Shown: positions 29,394 to 39,515 of the stretch, piece by piece
Layout of the letters: each line of letters starts with the position of its first letter
How positions within the stretch are numbered: the first letter of the stretch is position 1
From: an uncultured Lachnospiraceae bacterium
GTDB taxonomy: Bacteria > Bacillota > Clostridia > Oscillospirales > CAG-272
DNA length: 64,000 nt
Direction: 5' to 3'
Assembly: GCA_964570825.1 (NCBI GenBank)
Contig: CAZMZJ010000011.1
Location: 3,339 to 67,338 of the forward strand
Translations under genes and position numbers: made by a program
Notes under the pieces: generated by a model
The model's database searches: none
Told to the model about the DNA's origin: nothing
The model's input: only the letters and a program-made list of their open reading frames with translations

Positions 29394-31652
29394 ATGGAAC
29401 CCAGCATACGCGAAATCGGGGAGCGTATCCAGACGCTCCGAGAAATATTCAATATCTCACGCGAGGAGATGGCCGCTGTCACAGGCGTTACGGCTGAACA
29501 GTATGCCTCTATGGAGGAGGGAAGGTCCGACATCGGTATTTCCTTCGCATACAAGTGCGCCCAGCGCTTCGGCGTCGACATCAGCGATATTCTCGAGGGC
29601 AAAAGCCCGACTCTTACCGGCCTTTCGGTCGTACGCGCAGGAAAGGGGCTGCGCATCGAAAGACGCACGGGCTTTGACTATGTAAGCCTCGCTCCGCTTT
29701 TCAAAAACAAACTGGCCGAGCCTTTCCTTGTGAACGCTGAGTTCTTCTCGGAAAACGAGCCTCTTCACATCAACTCACACCCCGGTCAGGAAATTGACAT
29801 AATCAAAAAGGGATACCTGCGCCTTCAGGTCGGCGACAACACCGAAATCATAGGCGAGGGCGACGTCGCCTTCTTCGACAGCTCGCTGCCACACGGAATG
29901 GCGGCAGCAAAGGGCGCCGACTGCGAATTCTACGCGATAGTTCTCGGAGGCGAGGAGAAAAAAAAGGCGCCTGAAGCGTCTGAAAATATTAAGCAGGAAA
30001 CGCCGCGGCGCGGTCTTATCGGAATTGCAGACAGGTATGTTACCACCACCGTCGACAGCGATGGAGTTTTCAGCGGGATAAGCTTTCATGACGACGAACA
30101 TTTCAATTTCGCTTTCGATGTCGTCGACGCGATAGCCGCGGCAGATCCGGCAAAGCTTGCCATGTTGCATATCGACCGCGATATGACAGAGCGCCGCTTC
30201 ACCTTCAAGGACATCAGCCGCGAGTCGAACCGCGCCGCCAACTATTTCCGCTCGCTCGGATTAAAAAAAGGCGACAGGGTCATGATGATACTCAAGCGGC
30301 ACTGGCAGTTCTGGATAGCCATGATGGGGCTTAACAAGCTTGGCGCGATAGCCATTCCGGCAAGCAACCAGCTGCTAAAAAAGGATATTGCCTACCGCTT
30401 TAACGCCGCGGGCGTCAAGGCTGTCATAGCCACCCCGGACGACGACGTGCCTCTCCACATAGAAGAGGCGCTCCCGGAATCGCCGACGGTCGAAATCAAA
30501 ATGATTGTCGGCGGGCCCCGCGAGGGCTGGCGCGACTTCGACGCCGACCTGCCATGCTTCTCGTCGCACTTTGAACGCACAGACGTCGGCGGCGAGGACC
30601 CCCTGCTCATGTATTTCACGTCAGGAACAACCGGATACCCGAAAATTGCGGTACATGTCCACAAGTATCCGCTCGGACATTATCCGACGGCGAGATACTG
30701 GCACAATGTCGACCCGAACGGACTTCACCTGACAATATCCGACACGGGCTGGGCAAAGGCAATGTGGGGCAAGCTGTACGGACAGTGGCTCGCCGAGGGG
30801 GCGATATTCGTTTACAACTTCGACCGCTTCCACGCCGACGAGATTCTGCCGCTGTTCGCAAAATACAACATTACAACCTTCTGCGCTCCGCCCACGATTT
30901 ACCGCTTCCTCATCAGGGAGGACCTCGGCAAATACGACCTTTCCTCAATCAAGCACGCCTCAATAGCCGGAGAGGCGCTCAACCCGGAAGTGCTCGAACA
31001 GTTCAAAAAGCATACCGGACTGACTATTATGGAAGCCTTCGGACAGACAGAAACTACTGTCGTCATCGGCAACTTCGCCGGAATGAAGCCCCGCCCCAGC
31101 TCCATGGGCAAGGCGTCGCCGCTGTATGATGTCGACCTCGTGGACTCGGACGGAAACAGCGTAGGCGTCGGAGAGACGGGCGAGGTGGTCATAAGAACAG
31201 ACAAGGGAATTCCGAACGGACTTTTCCGCGGCTATTACAACGACGAGGAAAAAACCCGCGAGGCATGGCACGACGGTATGTACCATCTCGGCGACACCGC
31301 ATGGCGCGACGAGGAAGGTTATTACCACTATGTCGGTCGCGTCGACGACCTGATAAAGTCCTCCGGCTACCGCATCGGGCCGTTTGAGATCGAGTCGGTC
31401 ATCATGGAGCTGCCATATGTTCTTGAGTGCGCCGTGACCGCCGCGCCGGACGAGATCCGCGGACAGGTGGTTAAGGCAAGCGTGGTGCTCACGAAAAACA
31501 CGCAGCCATCCGAGGAGCTGAAAAAAGAAATTCAGAACTATGTCAAGGAACACACCGCGCCTTATAAATATCCGAGAATTGTCGAATTTCTCGACGAGCT
31601 TCCCAAAACTGTAAGCGGGAAAATCAAGCGCAACGAGCTGAGAAACAGGTGA
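29394..31652 (+). CDS. XRE-family HTH + cupin + AMP-forming acyl-CoA synthetase (medium-chain ACS-like) fusion protein, paralog 1
   Basis: 752 aa. N-terminal HTH (IGERIQTLREIFNISREEMAAVTGVTAEQYASMEEG), a cupin (HPGQEIDIIKKGYL..LPHG), then AMP-binding motifs YFTSGTTGYPK and GDTAWRDEEGYYHYVGRVDDLIKSSGYRIGPFEIES. Confidence 0.85.
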   Translation: MEPSIREIGERIQTLREIFNISREEMAAVTGVTAEQYASMEEGRSDIGISFAYKCAQRFGVDISDILEGKSPTLTGLSVVRAGKGLRIERRTGFDYVSLAPLFKNKLAEPFLVNAEFFSENEPLHINSHPGQEIDIIKKGYLRLQVGDNTEIIGEGDVAFFDSSLPHGMAAAKGADCEFYAIVLGGEEKKKAPEASENIKQETPRRGLIGIADRYVTTTVDSDGVFSGISFHDDEHFNFAFDVVDAIAAADPAKLAMLHIDRDMTERRFTFKDISRESNRAANYFRSLGLKKGDRVMMILKRHWQFWIAMMGLNKLGAIAIPASNQLLKKDIAYRFNAAGVKAVIATPDDDVPLHIEEALPESPTVEIKMIVGGPREGWRDFDADLPCFSSHFERTDVGGEDPLLMYFTSGTTGYPKIAVHVHKYPLGHYPTARYWHNVDPNGLHLTISDTGWAKAMWGKLYGQWLAEGAIFVYNFDRFHADEILPLFAKYNITTFCAPPTIYRFLIREDLGKYDLSSIKHASIAGEALNPEVLEQFKKHTGLTIMEAFGQTETTVVIGNFAGMKPRPSSMGKASPLYDVDLVDSDGNSVGVGETGEVVIRTDKGIPNGLFRGYYNDEEKTREAWHDGMYHLGDTAWRDEEGYYHYVGRVDDLIKSSGYRIGPFEIESVIMELPYVLECAVTAAPDEIRGQVVKASVVLTKNTQPSEELKKEIQNYVKEHTAPYKYPRIVEFLDELPKTVSGKIKRNELRNR

Positions 31653-31692
31653 CGGAAAGCGGGGATACCGGGCGCTTCTGATGCAACATCAT

Positions 31693-31741
31693 AAAAGGGG
31701 CCTTTTGGGCGCAATGAAAATCCTTGCGCCCAAAAGGCCCC
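31693..31741 (-). terminator. 18-bp hairpin terminator between convergent genes
   Basis: GGGGCCTTTTGGGCGCAA / TTGCGCCCAAAAGGCCCC. The T-run is on the minus strand. Confidence 0.65.
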
Positions 31742-31751
31742 GACGTCCGTA

Positions 31752-32126
31752 TCACGCGTTGCCGGTCGCCACAACGTCGGCTCCGGTGCCGAGTATATTT
31801 TTGATTATTACATCGCCGATTTTTGTTCCGGCACGGGCCTCGGTGCGGTTGATCACCTTCATGCACTCAAAAAGCATCGAACGCGGGACGGGTCTGTTCG
31901 TCCTCACGGGGAGCAGGCCTCCCCCCGCAATCCTCACTGTCGTTGTCAGCGTGCGCATCGGAGAAATGCATTCGGCTCTTGCGTATTCGTCGCCGCGCCG
32001 GCAGGCGTTGCCGGCTACGCTCAGCACTTCCTTTGCGTTTTCGTCAAAATCAACGCTGATTTCACAGCCCTTCGGACATACAATGCAGGTCAGTTTTTTT
32101 ACAGCCATTTTACTTGTCCTCCTCAA
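31752..32126 (-). CDS. DUF1667-like small Cys-containing protein (third subunit of the GlpA-like trio)
   Basis: 124 aa containing LTCIVCPKGCEISV. It overlaps the upstream oxidoreductase gene. Confidence 0.7.
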   Translation of the reverse strand: MRRTSKMAVKKLTCIVCPKGCEISVDFDENAKEVLSVAGNACRRGDEYARAECISPMRTLTTTVRIAGGGLLPVRTNRPVPRSMLFECMKVINRTEARAGTKIGDVIIKNILGTGADVVATGNA

Positions 32127-33360
32127 GACCGATTCTTAAGGTGTTCTGCGTCAATCCTTTTATTATGGAGGAGGGAAGTTTGATTGTTTCCATTTCTCCC
32201 GGGGCAAACTTGAGCTTTTTACGCTCGATAAGCTTGCGGTCGCCTTCGCATATGCAGACGGTGGCGTTCTTGTATATATTGCTCACTCGGTAATAGAAGG
32301 TCACGTCGTCATCCCCCGAAATATACTGGGGGACTATGTACCTCACTTTTCCGTCGGCCAGAATATGGATGCGGCGGCTACTTTTCTTCCCGCTAATATA
32401 TTCAGCCGCCGAACGCCCGGCGATTGCTCCCTCGTCGGCCGCAAAGTCGGCAAGGTCGTGGACATGCAGCACGTTTCCGCAGGAAAATATTCCTTCGACC
32501 GATGTTTCGCGCTTCTCGTCCACCTCGGCGCCGTTCGTGGCGCGGTCAAGCTCTACTCCGGCCGATTTCGACAGCTCGTTTTCCGGAATCAGTCCGACCG
32601 AGAGAAGCAGGGTGTCGCACTCGATATACCGGCGGGTCGATTCTATGGGGCGGCGCTTTTCGTCAACCTCCGCGATGGTCACGCCGGTCAGGCGCTCGCG
32701 CCCGTGCGTCTGCACGACGGTATGAGAAAGCAGCAGCGGTATGTTGAAGTCGCGCAGGCACTGCTCGATGTTGCGGGCAAGTCCGCTTGAGTACGGCATG
32801 ATTTCACAGACTGCTTTTACCGTCGCGCCCTCAAGCGTCATGCGGCGCGCCATTATAAGGCCGATGTCCCCGGAGCCGAGGATCACTATTTCCTTGCCCG
32901 GCATATATCCGTACATATTGACATATTTCTGCGCCGTTCCGGCAGTGTAAATGCCCGACGGACGGGTTCCGGGTATGTTCAGCGCGCCCTTTGATCTCTC
33001 CCGGCAGCCCATCGCAAGGATTACGGCGGATGCCTCGATGGTGAATACTCCCTCGCTTTCGTTTATCGCTGTTATGGCTTTGCCGGGGGTTATGTCAAGT
33101 ACCATTGTGTTCAGCTTTATCTCGATGCCGCGGTCGCGAACCTGCTTCTCGTATCTGTACGCGAACTCGGGGCCGGTCAGCTCCTCGCCGAAAGAGTGAA
33201 GGCCGAAGCCATTGTGAATGCACTGCCGGAGAATTCCGCCCGGGGCGCTGTCGCGCTCGAGTATCACTATGTCGCGGATGCCGCTGTCATACGCGGCGAT
33301 GGCGGCGCTCATTCCGGCGGGACCGCAGCCGATTATGACAAGCTCTCTTTTTTCTGCCAT
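32110..33360 (-). CDS. NAD(P)/FAD-dependent pyridine nucleotide-disulfide oxidoreductase
   Basis: 416 aa with two dinucleotide-binding motifs, VIIGCGPAGMSAA and IVILGSGDIGL. Confidence 0.82.
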   Translation of the reverse strand: MAEKRELVIIGCGPAGMSAAIAAYDSGIRDIVILERDSAPGGILRQCIHNGFGLHSFGEELTGPEFAYRYEKQVRDRGIEIKLNTMVLDITPGKAITAINESEGVFTIEASAVILAMGCRERSKGALNIPGTRPSGIYTAGTAQKYVNMYGYMPGKEIVILGSGDIGLIMARRMTLEGATVKAVCEIMPYSSGLARNIEQCLRDFNIPLLLSHTVVQTHGRERLTGVTIAEVDEKRRPIESTRRYIECDTLLLSVGLIPENELSKSAGVELDRATNGAEVDEKRETSVEGIFSCGNVLHVHDLADFAADEGAIAGRSAAEYISGKKSSRRIHILADGKVRYIVPQYISGDDDVTFYYRVSNIYKNATVCICEGDRKLIERKKLKFAPGEMETIKLPSSIIKGLTQNTLRIGLEEDK

Positions 33361-33361
33361 T

Positions 33362-34783
33362 TCAGCGTCCCTCCTTTGTCTTTCCGGTCAGAACATATGA
33401 ACCGCGCCCGAATTTCGTGACCTCTTCCGGCTTTATTTTCAGCTCGCGCGCCAGTATCTCAAGCACATACGGGGAACAGAAGCCGCCCTGGCATCTGCCC
33501 ATGCCGCTGCGAGTGCGGCGCTTTATGCCGTCGATATCCCGCGCGCCGGGGTTCGCCGTAATCGCGTCGACTATTTCGCCCTCGCTGACGCCTTCGCAGC
33601 GGCAGATTATCTTGCCGTACCTGCTGTTTTCACTTATCAGCCTGTTGCGTTCGTCAACCGGCATTTCGCGGACGGCATAATAGGGCTTGCGGTACGGGTT
33701 GAAGCTGCTTTTAAGCTTCAGTTCAAGCCCCATGCCGCGAAGCATATCGCGGACATATTCCGCAATCGCGGGCGCCGCCGAAAGCCCAGGGCTGCCGATG
33801 CGCATCAGATTTATGTTTTTGTCCCCCTGCTCGATTATAAAATCCTCCTCCACCGAGCGCAGTCCCGCAAATGAAGTTATTACCTTCCCGTAGGGAATGT
33901 TTTTTACGGTGGTTTTGGTTTTTTCGATGACGGCGTTGAGGCCTTCCGAGGTCGTCGACACGTCGTCTTTGTCCTCGCGGCTGATAGACGTGGGTCCGAG
34001 AAGAAGGTTGCCGTGAACGGTGGGAGTCACAAGGATTCCTTTACCGGCCTTTGTAGGAGTGGGGAAGATTGTGTGGCGCACATGGCTGCCGCACTCCTTG
34101 TCGAGGAGCAGGTATTCGCCCGCGCGCTGCGTCGGCTGTCTGTCCTCGCCGCCGGCCAGTACGGCAAGCTCGCCGGCATGAAGCCCCGCGCTGTTTACAT
34201 AATATTTTGTCCAGACCCGCTGCCCGCCCGAACTCAGCTCCCAGCCGTTATCGGTGCGGCGGATATTCTTGACCGGAAAGTTCAGCATAAGCTGGACGCC
34301 ATTGTCCATGGCGTTACCGACGGCGGCAATTGCAAGCCCGAACGAGTCGGTGACGGCGCTTGTGGGGAGATAAAGAGCGCAGGTTATATTGTCGCTTAAC
34401 ATAGGCTCCATTTTCCGCAGCTCCTCGCCGCCGACGATTCTGAGCCCCGCAACCCCGTTCGCAACGCCGCGCATTTCAAGTTCCTTGAGCGTTTCAAGCT
34501 CGTCGTCAGTGCCGGCAACGAGCGCGCCGTTCCGGCTGTATTTCACTCCGAGCTCGGCGCATATTTTTTCAAACATAACCGAACCCTGCACATTTAGCTT
34601 CGCTTTGAGGGTCCCGGGCTTCGCATCATACCCGGCGTGAACGATTGCGCTGTTCGCTCTTGAAGCTCCCATCGCCACATCGTTTTCTTTTTCAAGAATA
34701 CAGATTTTCAGCTGAAATTTCGACAGCTCGCGGGCGATAAGCCCGCCGACGACGCCCGCACCTATTATCGCAACATCGTACAT
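33362..34783 (-). CDS. FAD-dependent glycerol-3-phosphate dehydrogenase/oxidase-like protein with C-terminal BFD-like [2Fe-2S] domain
   Basis: 473 aa containing YDVAIIGAGVVGG and the C-terminal CRCEGVSEGEIVDAI...RCQGGFC. Confidence 0.8.
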   Translation of the reverse strand: MYDVAIIGAGVVGGLIARELSKFQLKICILEKENDVAMGASRANSAIVHAGYDAKPGTLKAKLNVQGSVMFEKICAELGVKYSRNGALVAGTDDELETLKELEMRGVANGVAGLRIVGGEELRKMEPMLSDNITCALYLPTSAVTDSFGLAIAAVGNAMDNGVQLMLNFPVKNIRRTDNGWELSSGGQRVWTKYYVNSAGLHAGELAVLAGGEDRQPTQRAGEYLLLDKECGSHVRHTIFPTPTKAGKGILVTPTVHGNLLLGPTSISREDKDDVSTTSEGLNAVIEKTKTTVKNIPYGKVITSFAGLRSVEEDFIIEQGDKNINLMRIGSPGLSAAPAIAEYVRDMLRGMGLELKLKSSFNPYRKPYYAVREMPVDERNRLISENSRYGKIICRCEGVSEGEIVDAITANPGARDIDGIKRRTRSGMGRCQGGFCSPYVLEILARELKIKPEEVTKFGRGSYVLTGKTKEGR

Positions 34784-35243
34784 GACAAATGTCTATACTC
34801 CTTCCGAATTTCCTGTCAAACGTCAAAAGCAGCCTGTTACACAGGCGGCCTGCATACAATAAATATGAAGGTTTTTCCGCTTTACAAGCCGTTTTCTTGT
34901 CTTATTTCAAAATCATTCTAACATCGGCGCAAGAGCTTGTCAAGCATTTTGAACGATTTGAAAAAAACGGTCATTTCACTTCGAAAATCCTGCGTGGTGC
35001 ATTCTGTTGCGGCAGCTGATATAATTATTTTTGTCGAATTGAACTTTTTTTAACAATAGACTGAAGTCTTATATCGCCATATAGCGGAAACGCAGGAAAA
35101 TAAAAGTAAAAATCGTGGGTTCAGTATCGCGGCCGCATTGCATCTGTCCTATCAGCCGGCATCATGCGGTCATTATAAATGACAAAAATGAAAGAATTGC
35201 CGCGCGGCGGTTCCCCCGATATTTATTGTTTATCTGCTGTCCG

Positions 35244-35271
35244 CTATCTACTATCTACTATCTACTATCTA
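35244..35271. repeat. Heptanucleotide tandem repeat CTATCTA x4
   Basis: Read directly from the sequence. It overlaps the pgeF stop codon region. Confidence 0.9.
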
Positions 35272-36089
35272 CGCGAAAGGCTTATCACCGAAAGCATCGT
35301 TCCGCGCGCGTCCCCGTCGCGGCGGTGGGAATAAAACAGGCCGGCGCTGCAGCAGGTGCATAAATCCGAAACGTCTATATTTCCGGGTTTGACTCCGCAT
35401 GACAGCAGTATGTTCCTGTTTATTTCCCTGAGGTCGGCATGCCACTTCCCTGAGGCGGTTCCGGACGGGAGGACATATTCGGCGCAGACTTTTTCACCGA
35501 GTTTTTCATATATCACGTCCCGAACGTCAGGCCCTATTTCAAAGCAGCACTTCCCAATGGCGGGCCCGATGGCCGCGCGGATGTCACCCTCCTTTGCCCC
35601 GAGAGAAACAAGCCGGCTGACGCCGGCGGCGGCAATTTTCAAAACCGTTCCGCGCCAGCCGGCGTGAAGCGCGGCGGCGGCATATGCGACGCCGTCCCCG
35701 CCGACGGCGCACAGCAGAATTGGCACGCAGTCTGCGGTCCTGACGCCGAGAGTTACGCCGCGGTCTGACGTCGCATAGCCGTCGCAGGACGAATCGCTCT
35801 TTATGTAATACCCAAGCCCGCGTTCTGCCGAGCTGACTGTCCGCACCTCGGCGGAATGAATCTGGCGCAGGGATATGACGCTCCGCGGTTCAAAACCTGA
35901 CGCTTCGCCGAACAGCTCAAGATTTCTGAGCACCGTCGCGTCGTCGTCTCCTCGTCCGAAAGCAAGATTGAGCGAGGCGGCATGAGGCGCCGCGCTCACC
36001 CCGCCGACGCGGGTGGAAAAAGCATTTATACAGGGAATCAGCTCTGATGTTATGTAAACGACTCCGTTCGGCGCATGAACAGTCTTCAT
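35265..36089 (-). CDS. pgeF: YfiH/PgeF-family (DUF152, laccase-domain) protein
   Basis: 274 aa containing FSTRVGGVS, LRQIHSAEV, TADCVPIL, HAGWRG and the C-terminal CT..FYSHRRDG pattern. Confidence 0.88.
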   Translation of the reverse strand: MKTVHAPNGVVYITSELIPCINAFSTRVGGVSAAPHAASLNLAFGRGDDDATVLRNLELFGEASGFEPRSVISLRQIHSAEVRTVSSAERGLGYYIKSDSSCDGYATSDRGVTLGVRTADCVPILLCAVGGDGVAYAAAALHAGWRGTVLKIAAAGVSRLVSLGAKEGDIRAAIGPAIGKCCFEIGPDVRDVIYEKLGEKVCAEYVLPSGTASGKWHADLREINRNILLSCGVKPGNIDVSDLCTCCSAGLFYSHRRDGDARGTMLSVISLSRR

Positions 36090-36183
36090 TTCAGAAACCT
36101 TTCATTGTTTTTTATTTTTATAGCATTGCTGACATTATACTATATCAAATGCCCCGTCATGTCAAGCCGCGCGATGATAATCA

Positions 36184-36225
36184 GAAAAAAACGCGTCCGG
36201 CCGCATATATGCGTGCCGGGCGCGT
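36184..36225 (-). terminator. Rho-independent terminator after the membrane-protein gene
   Basis: On the minus strand: ACGCGCCCGGC...GCCGGACGCGT followed by T7. Confidence 0.7.
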
Positions 36226-36242
36226 CATTTTATTTTTATTTT

Positions 36243-36947
36243 TTATTCTGCCGAGCCGTTTTTTATTAGTTTATTTATATTTTCCGCAAGACGGTCGGAT
36301 TCGATGTCGTCGTTTACCTGAACAAGCAGCGCCGTCGAGCCGTCTGAAGCGGTTATCCTGAGCCTTGCCCTGTTTACCTCGAACGAGCGCTTCATGTCAT
36401 GAAGCGTCACGCGGTCGCGGAGGATTTCCGCAGATGAAAGGTCAGAATATCTGTACTCAGCTTTTTCGGTTTCGCATGCGCCGGGATCGTCATCGAGAAC
36501 TGATACCGTTCTGCGTATGAAGGCAAGCGCGTCCCTCAGAAAAAGAATTTTCACAGCGGTGTATTGCGAGGTGCGCCACGCTTTGTCCCTGCCCCTTCTT
36601 GATTTGAGCCCAATGCCTTCGTAGTCATAGCCTGTTATGCTCACGGGCATCAAGTGCTGCGACATTCTCTTGCCGATGAAGGGGTCTTCTATAAGCTCCC
36701 TGTCAAAATTCCATAGACGGTCGGCAACAGCTTTGTCTATATCCTCCTGCCCGACGCGCCCGATGCTGCCGACAAAAAACAGCACAAGTCCCAAAAGAGC
36801 CATGACAATGCCCGAAATCAGCAGGTAAAAGCTGAATGCGCGCCCCATCCACACACAGAATAAGCCGAGAACAAGAAGTCCCGAGCCGCAGGCGTACATA
36901 CCGTCGCCCAGACTGAAATATTTTTCAAGGCTTTTCCGGTTGCTCAT
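36243..36947 (-). CDS. Hypothetical membrane protein (2 TM helices plus soluble C-domain)
   Basis: 234 aa with two N-terminal TM helices. I recognise no motif. Confidence 0.5.
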   Translation of the reverse strand: MSNRKSLEKYFSLGDGMYACGSGLLVLGLFCVWMGRAFSFYLLISGIVMALLGLVLFFVGSIGRVGQEDIDKAVADRLWNFDRELIEDPFIGKRMSQHLMPVSITGYDYEGIGLKSRRGRDKAWRTSQYTAVKILFLRDALAFIRRTVSVLDDDPGACETEKAEYRYSDLSSAEILRDRVTLHDMKRSFEVNRARLRITASDGSTALLVQVNDDIESDRLAENINKLIKNGSAE

Positions 36948-37144
36948 TTTTTTACTTTACTTTCCTTTCATCCGCGAGGCTGACCCGGCGGTGCGACGCT
37001 TTTTTGCGTTTACCGAAATTATATACCCGCAGAGCCGCAATGTCAAGGCATATAAGGCTGCATTCCGAAATTGTCCGTTTTACTTGAATATATTATTCCG
37101 GAGCATCGGAATGAATGTTACGGGGAAGACCGGAACGGATCGGA

Positions 37145-39424
37145 TCACTGGCCGCTTCTGCCTCTTAACTCAACGCGGCGGATCTTTCCGCTGATCGTTT
37201 TGGGCAGCTCGGGTAAAAATTCTATAATCCTCGGATATTTGTAAGGCGCGGTGTGCTCCTTGACATAGTTCTGAATTTCTTTTTTCAGCTCCTCGGAAGG
37301 CTGCGTGTTTTTCGTGAGCACTATGCTTGCCTTTACCACCTGCCCGCGAATCTCGTCCGGAACCCCGATGACGGCGCATTCAAGCACATAGGGCAGCTCC
37401 ATGATGACCGACTCTATCTCAAACGGCCCGATGCGGTAGCCGGAGGACTTTATCAGGTCGTCGGTGCGCCCAACATAATGGAAACAGCCGTTTTCATCCC
37501 GCCATGCGGTGTCGCCGGTGTGATAATAACCGCCGCTCCATGCCTTGGCGGTGCTTTCCGGGTCGTTGTAATAGCCAAGGAAAAGCCCGCAGGGGTGTCC
37601 TTTATCCACGCGTATCACTATTTCTCCGGTTTCACCGACCTCAACCGACTTCCCGTCGGGGTTGACAAGGTCAACGTCGTAAAGCGGCGACGGTTTGCCC
37701 ATGGCTCCGGGCGTTATCGGCATCCCGGCAAAATATGCTATCACAAGCGTGGTTTCAGTCTGACCGAAGCCCTCGTGCAGCGATAACCCGGTGGCGCGTC
37801 TGAACTGCTCGTAAACCTCGGGGTTGAGCGCCTCGCCTGCGATAGTCACATGCTTCAGCGAGGAGAGGTCGTATTTCGATAGGTCTTCCTTGATGAAGAA
37901 ACGGAACATGGTGGGAGGCGCGCAGAATGTGGTTATATGATATTTTGCAAAAAGCGGCAGTATGTCGTCAGCGTGGAAACGCTCAAAATCATATGTGAAT
38001 ATCGCAGCCTCGCAGAGCCACTGGCCATAAAGCTTGCCCCAGAGCGCTTTGCCCCAGCCGGTGTCGGAGATGGTCAGGTGTATGCCCTCGGGATCGACCA
38101 GATGCCAGTAGCGGGCGGTCGGGTAGTGTCCGAGCGGGTATAAATAGGAGTGCACGGCAATCTTCGGATATCCGGTGGTTCCGGAGGTGAAGAACATCAG
38201 CATCGGGTCGTTCCCGCCGGCGTCCACGCGCTCGAACTCGTCTGAAAACCGGGGCATCTCGGCGTCAAAATCATGCCAGCCGTCACGGCTGCCGCCGACA
38301 AGCACTTTAAGCTCAAGCCCGGGGCAGGCGGGCCCGGCAAGGTCTATCTGGTTCGCGGCGTCGCCGTACGAGGTGCAGACGACAGCCTTGACTTTTGCCG
38401 CGCTGAAGCGGTATTCAAAGTCTTTTTTAACAAGCTGGTCGGTCGCCGGAATCATGACGGCGCCGATTTTGTGAAGCGCAAGCACCGCAAACCAGAACTG
38501 ATAGTGACGGCGCAGCACAAGCATGACGCGGTCGCCCTTCTTTATTCCGAGCGAGCTGAAATAGTTCGCGGTGCGGTTTGATTCGCGGCTCATGTCTCCG
38601 AAGGTGAAGCGGCGCTCGTTCTTATGAATGTCAAGGTGCAGCATGGCGAGTTTATCCGGCTTGCTCCTGCCGAGGACATCGACCACGTCATATGAAAAGT
38701 TGAATTTTTCGGTGTTCTTGAAGCGGATTGCCGAAAATACCCCGTTTTCGTCGGTGTCTGTTTCGACATATCTGTCAGCGACGGTTCCGCCGATGCCGGC
38801 GACGGCGGCCGCAACCGGGACGACGGTCAGCTCCTCGGGATATTCGAAGGCCTTGCCTTCGCCGTTGATTACAATGGAATAAAAGCGGCAGTCCTCGCCG
38901 CCTACGGCGACCATCCCGTGGGGCGTCTGGCTGTCATAATACGCCGTGTCGCCCGGGCCGAGCAGTTCGGTGTGTCCGCCTACCGTTATGCGCAGATGCC
39001 CGCTGATTATTATATTGATTTCCTGACCGGCGTGGCTTGACAGCATTACCGGCGCGGAAAGCGCCTCGTCGCTGTATTTCGCGCAGACAAGGAACGGTTC
39101 GGATAGTTTACCCTTGAACAGCGGCGCCAAATTGTCGTATGTAAAGCCGCGGCGGCGGGCGATGGGAAGGCCTTCTCCGGCGCGTGTCACCGAAAACGAG
39201 GTGAGAGTCGGGGATGAGCCTTTGAGAATATCGGTTACGTCAACCCCAAAGCGGCGGGCGCATTTATATATGAAGGTGAAGGTGAAGTCCGTCTGCCCGG
39301 ACTCGAGCGCAAGATAGGTTTCCGGCGTAAGACCCGTGCACGCCGCCATTTCATCGACACTGATCTCAAGAATGCCGCGCAGCTCTTTTATGCGCTGCGA
39401 TATCTCCATTATCCTGTTTTCCAT
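37145..39424 (-). CDS. XRE-family HTH + cupin + AMP-forming acyl-CoA synthetase fusion protein, paralog 2
   Basis: 759 aa, collinear with the 29394..31652 product. Same motifs (FFTSGTTGYPK, GDTAWRDENGCFHYVGRTDDLIKSSGYRIGPFEIES) and a near-identical C-terminus. Confidence 0.85.
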   Translation of the reverse strand: MENRIMEISQRIKELRGILEISVDEMAACTGLTPETYLALESGQTDFTFTFIYKCARRFGVDVTDILKGSSPTLTSFSVTRAGEGLPIARRRGFTYDNLAPLFKGKLSEPFLVCAKYSDEALSAPVMLSSHAGQEINIIISGHLRITVGGHTELLGPGDTAYYDSQTPHGMVAVGGEDCRFYSIVINGEGKAFEYPEELTVVPVAAAVAGIGGTVADRYVETDTDENGVFSAIRFKNTEKFNFSYDVVDVLGRSKPDKLAMLHLDIHKNERRFTFGDMSRESNRTANYFSSLGIKKGDRVMLVLRRHYQFWFAVLALHKIGAVMIPATDQLVKKDFEYRFSAAKVKAVVCTSYGDAANQIDLAGPACPGLELKVLVGGSRDGWHDFDAEMPRFSDEFERVDAGGNDPMLMFFTSGTTGYPKIAVHSYLYPLGHYPTARYWHLVDPEGIHLTISDTGWGKALWGKLYGQWLCEAAIFTYDFERFHADDILPLFAKYHITTFCAPPTMFRFFIKEDLSKYDLSSLKHVTIAGEALNPEVYEQFRRATGLSLHEGFGQTETTLVIAYFAGMPITPGAMGKPSPLYDVDLVNPDGKSVEVGETGEIVIRVDKGHPCGLFLGYYNDPESTAKAWSGGYYHTGDTAWRDENGCFHYVGRTDDLIKSSGYRIGPFEIESVIMELPYVLECAVIGVPDEIRGQVVKASIVLTKNTQPSEELKKEIQNYVKEHTAPYKYPRIIEFLPELPKTISGKIRRVELRGRSGQ

Positions 39425-39515
39425 AATATGTCCTTTCGTCCTTTCGTCCTTTTTTTATTTCTTGTGGCTTATGCCGCGGCGCAGGACGCTGCGGCATAGA
39501 TATAATAATAAGATG

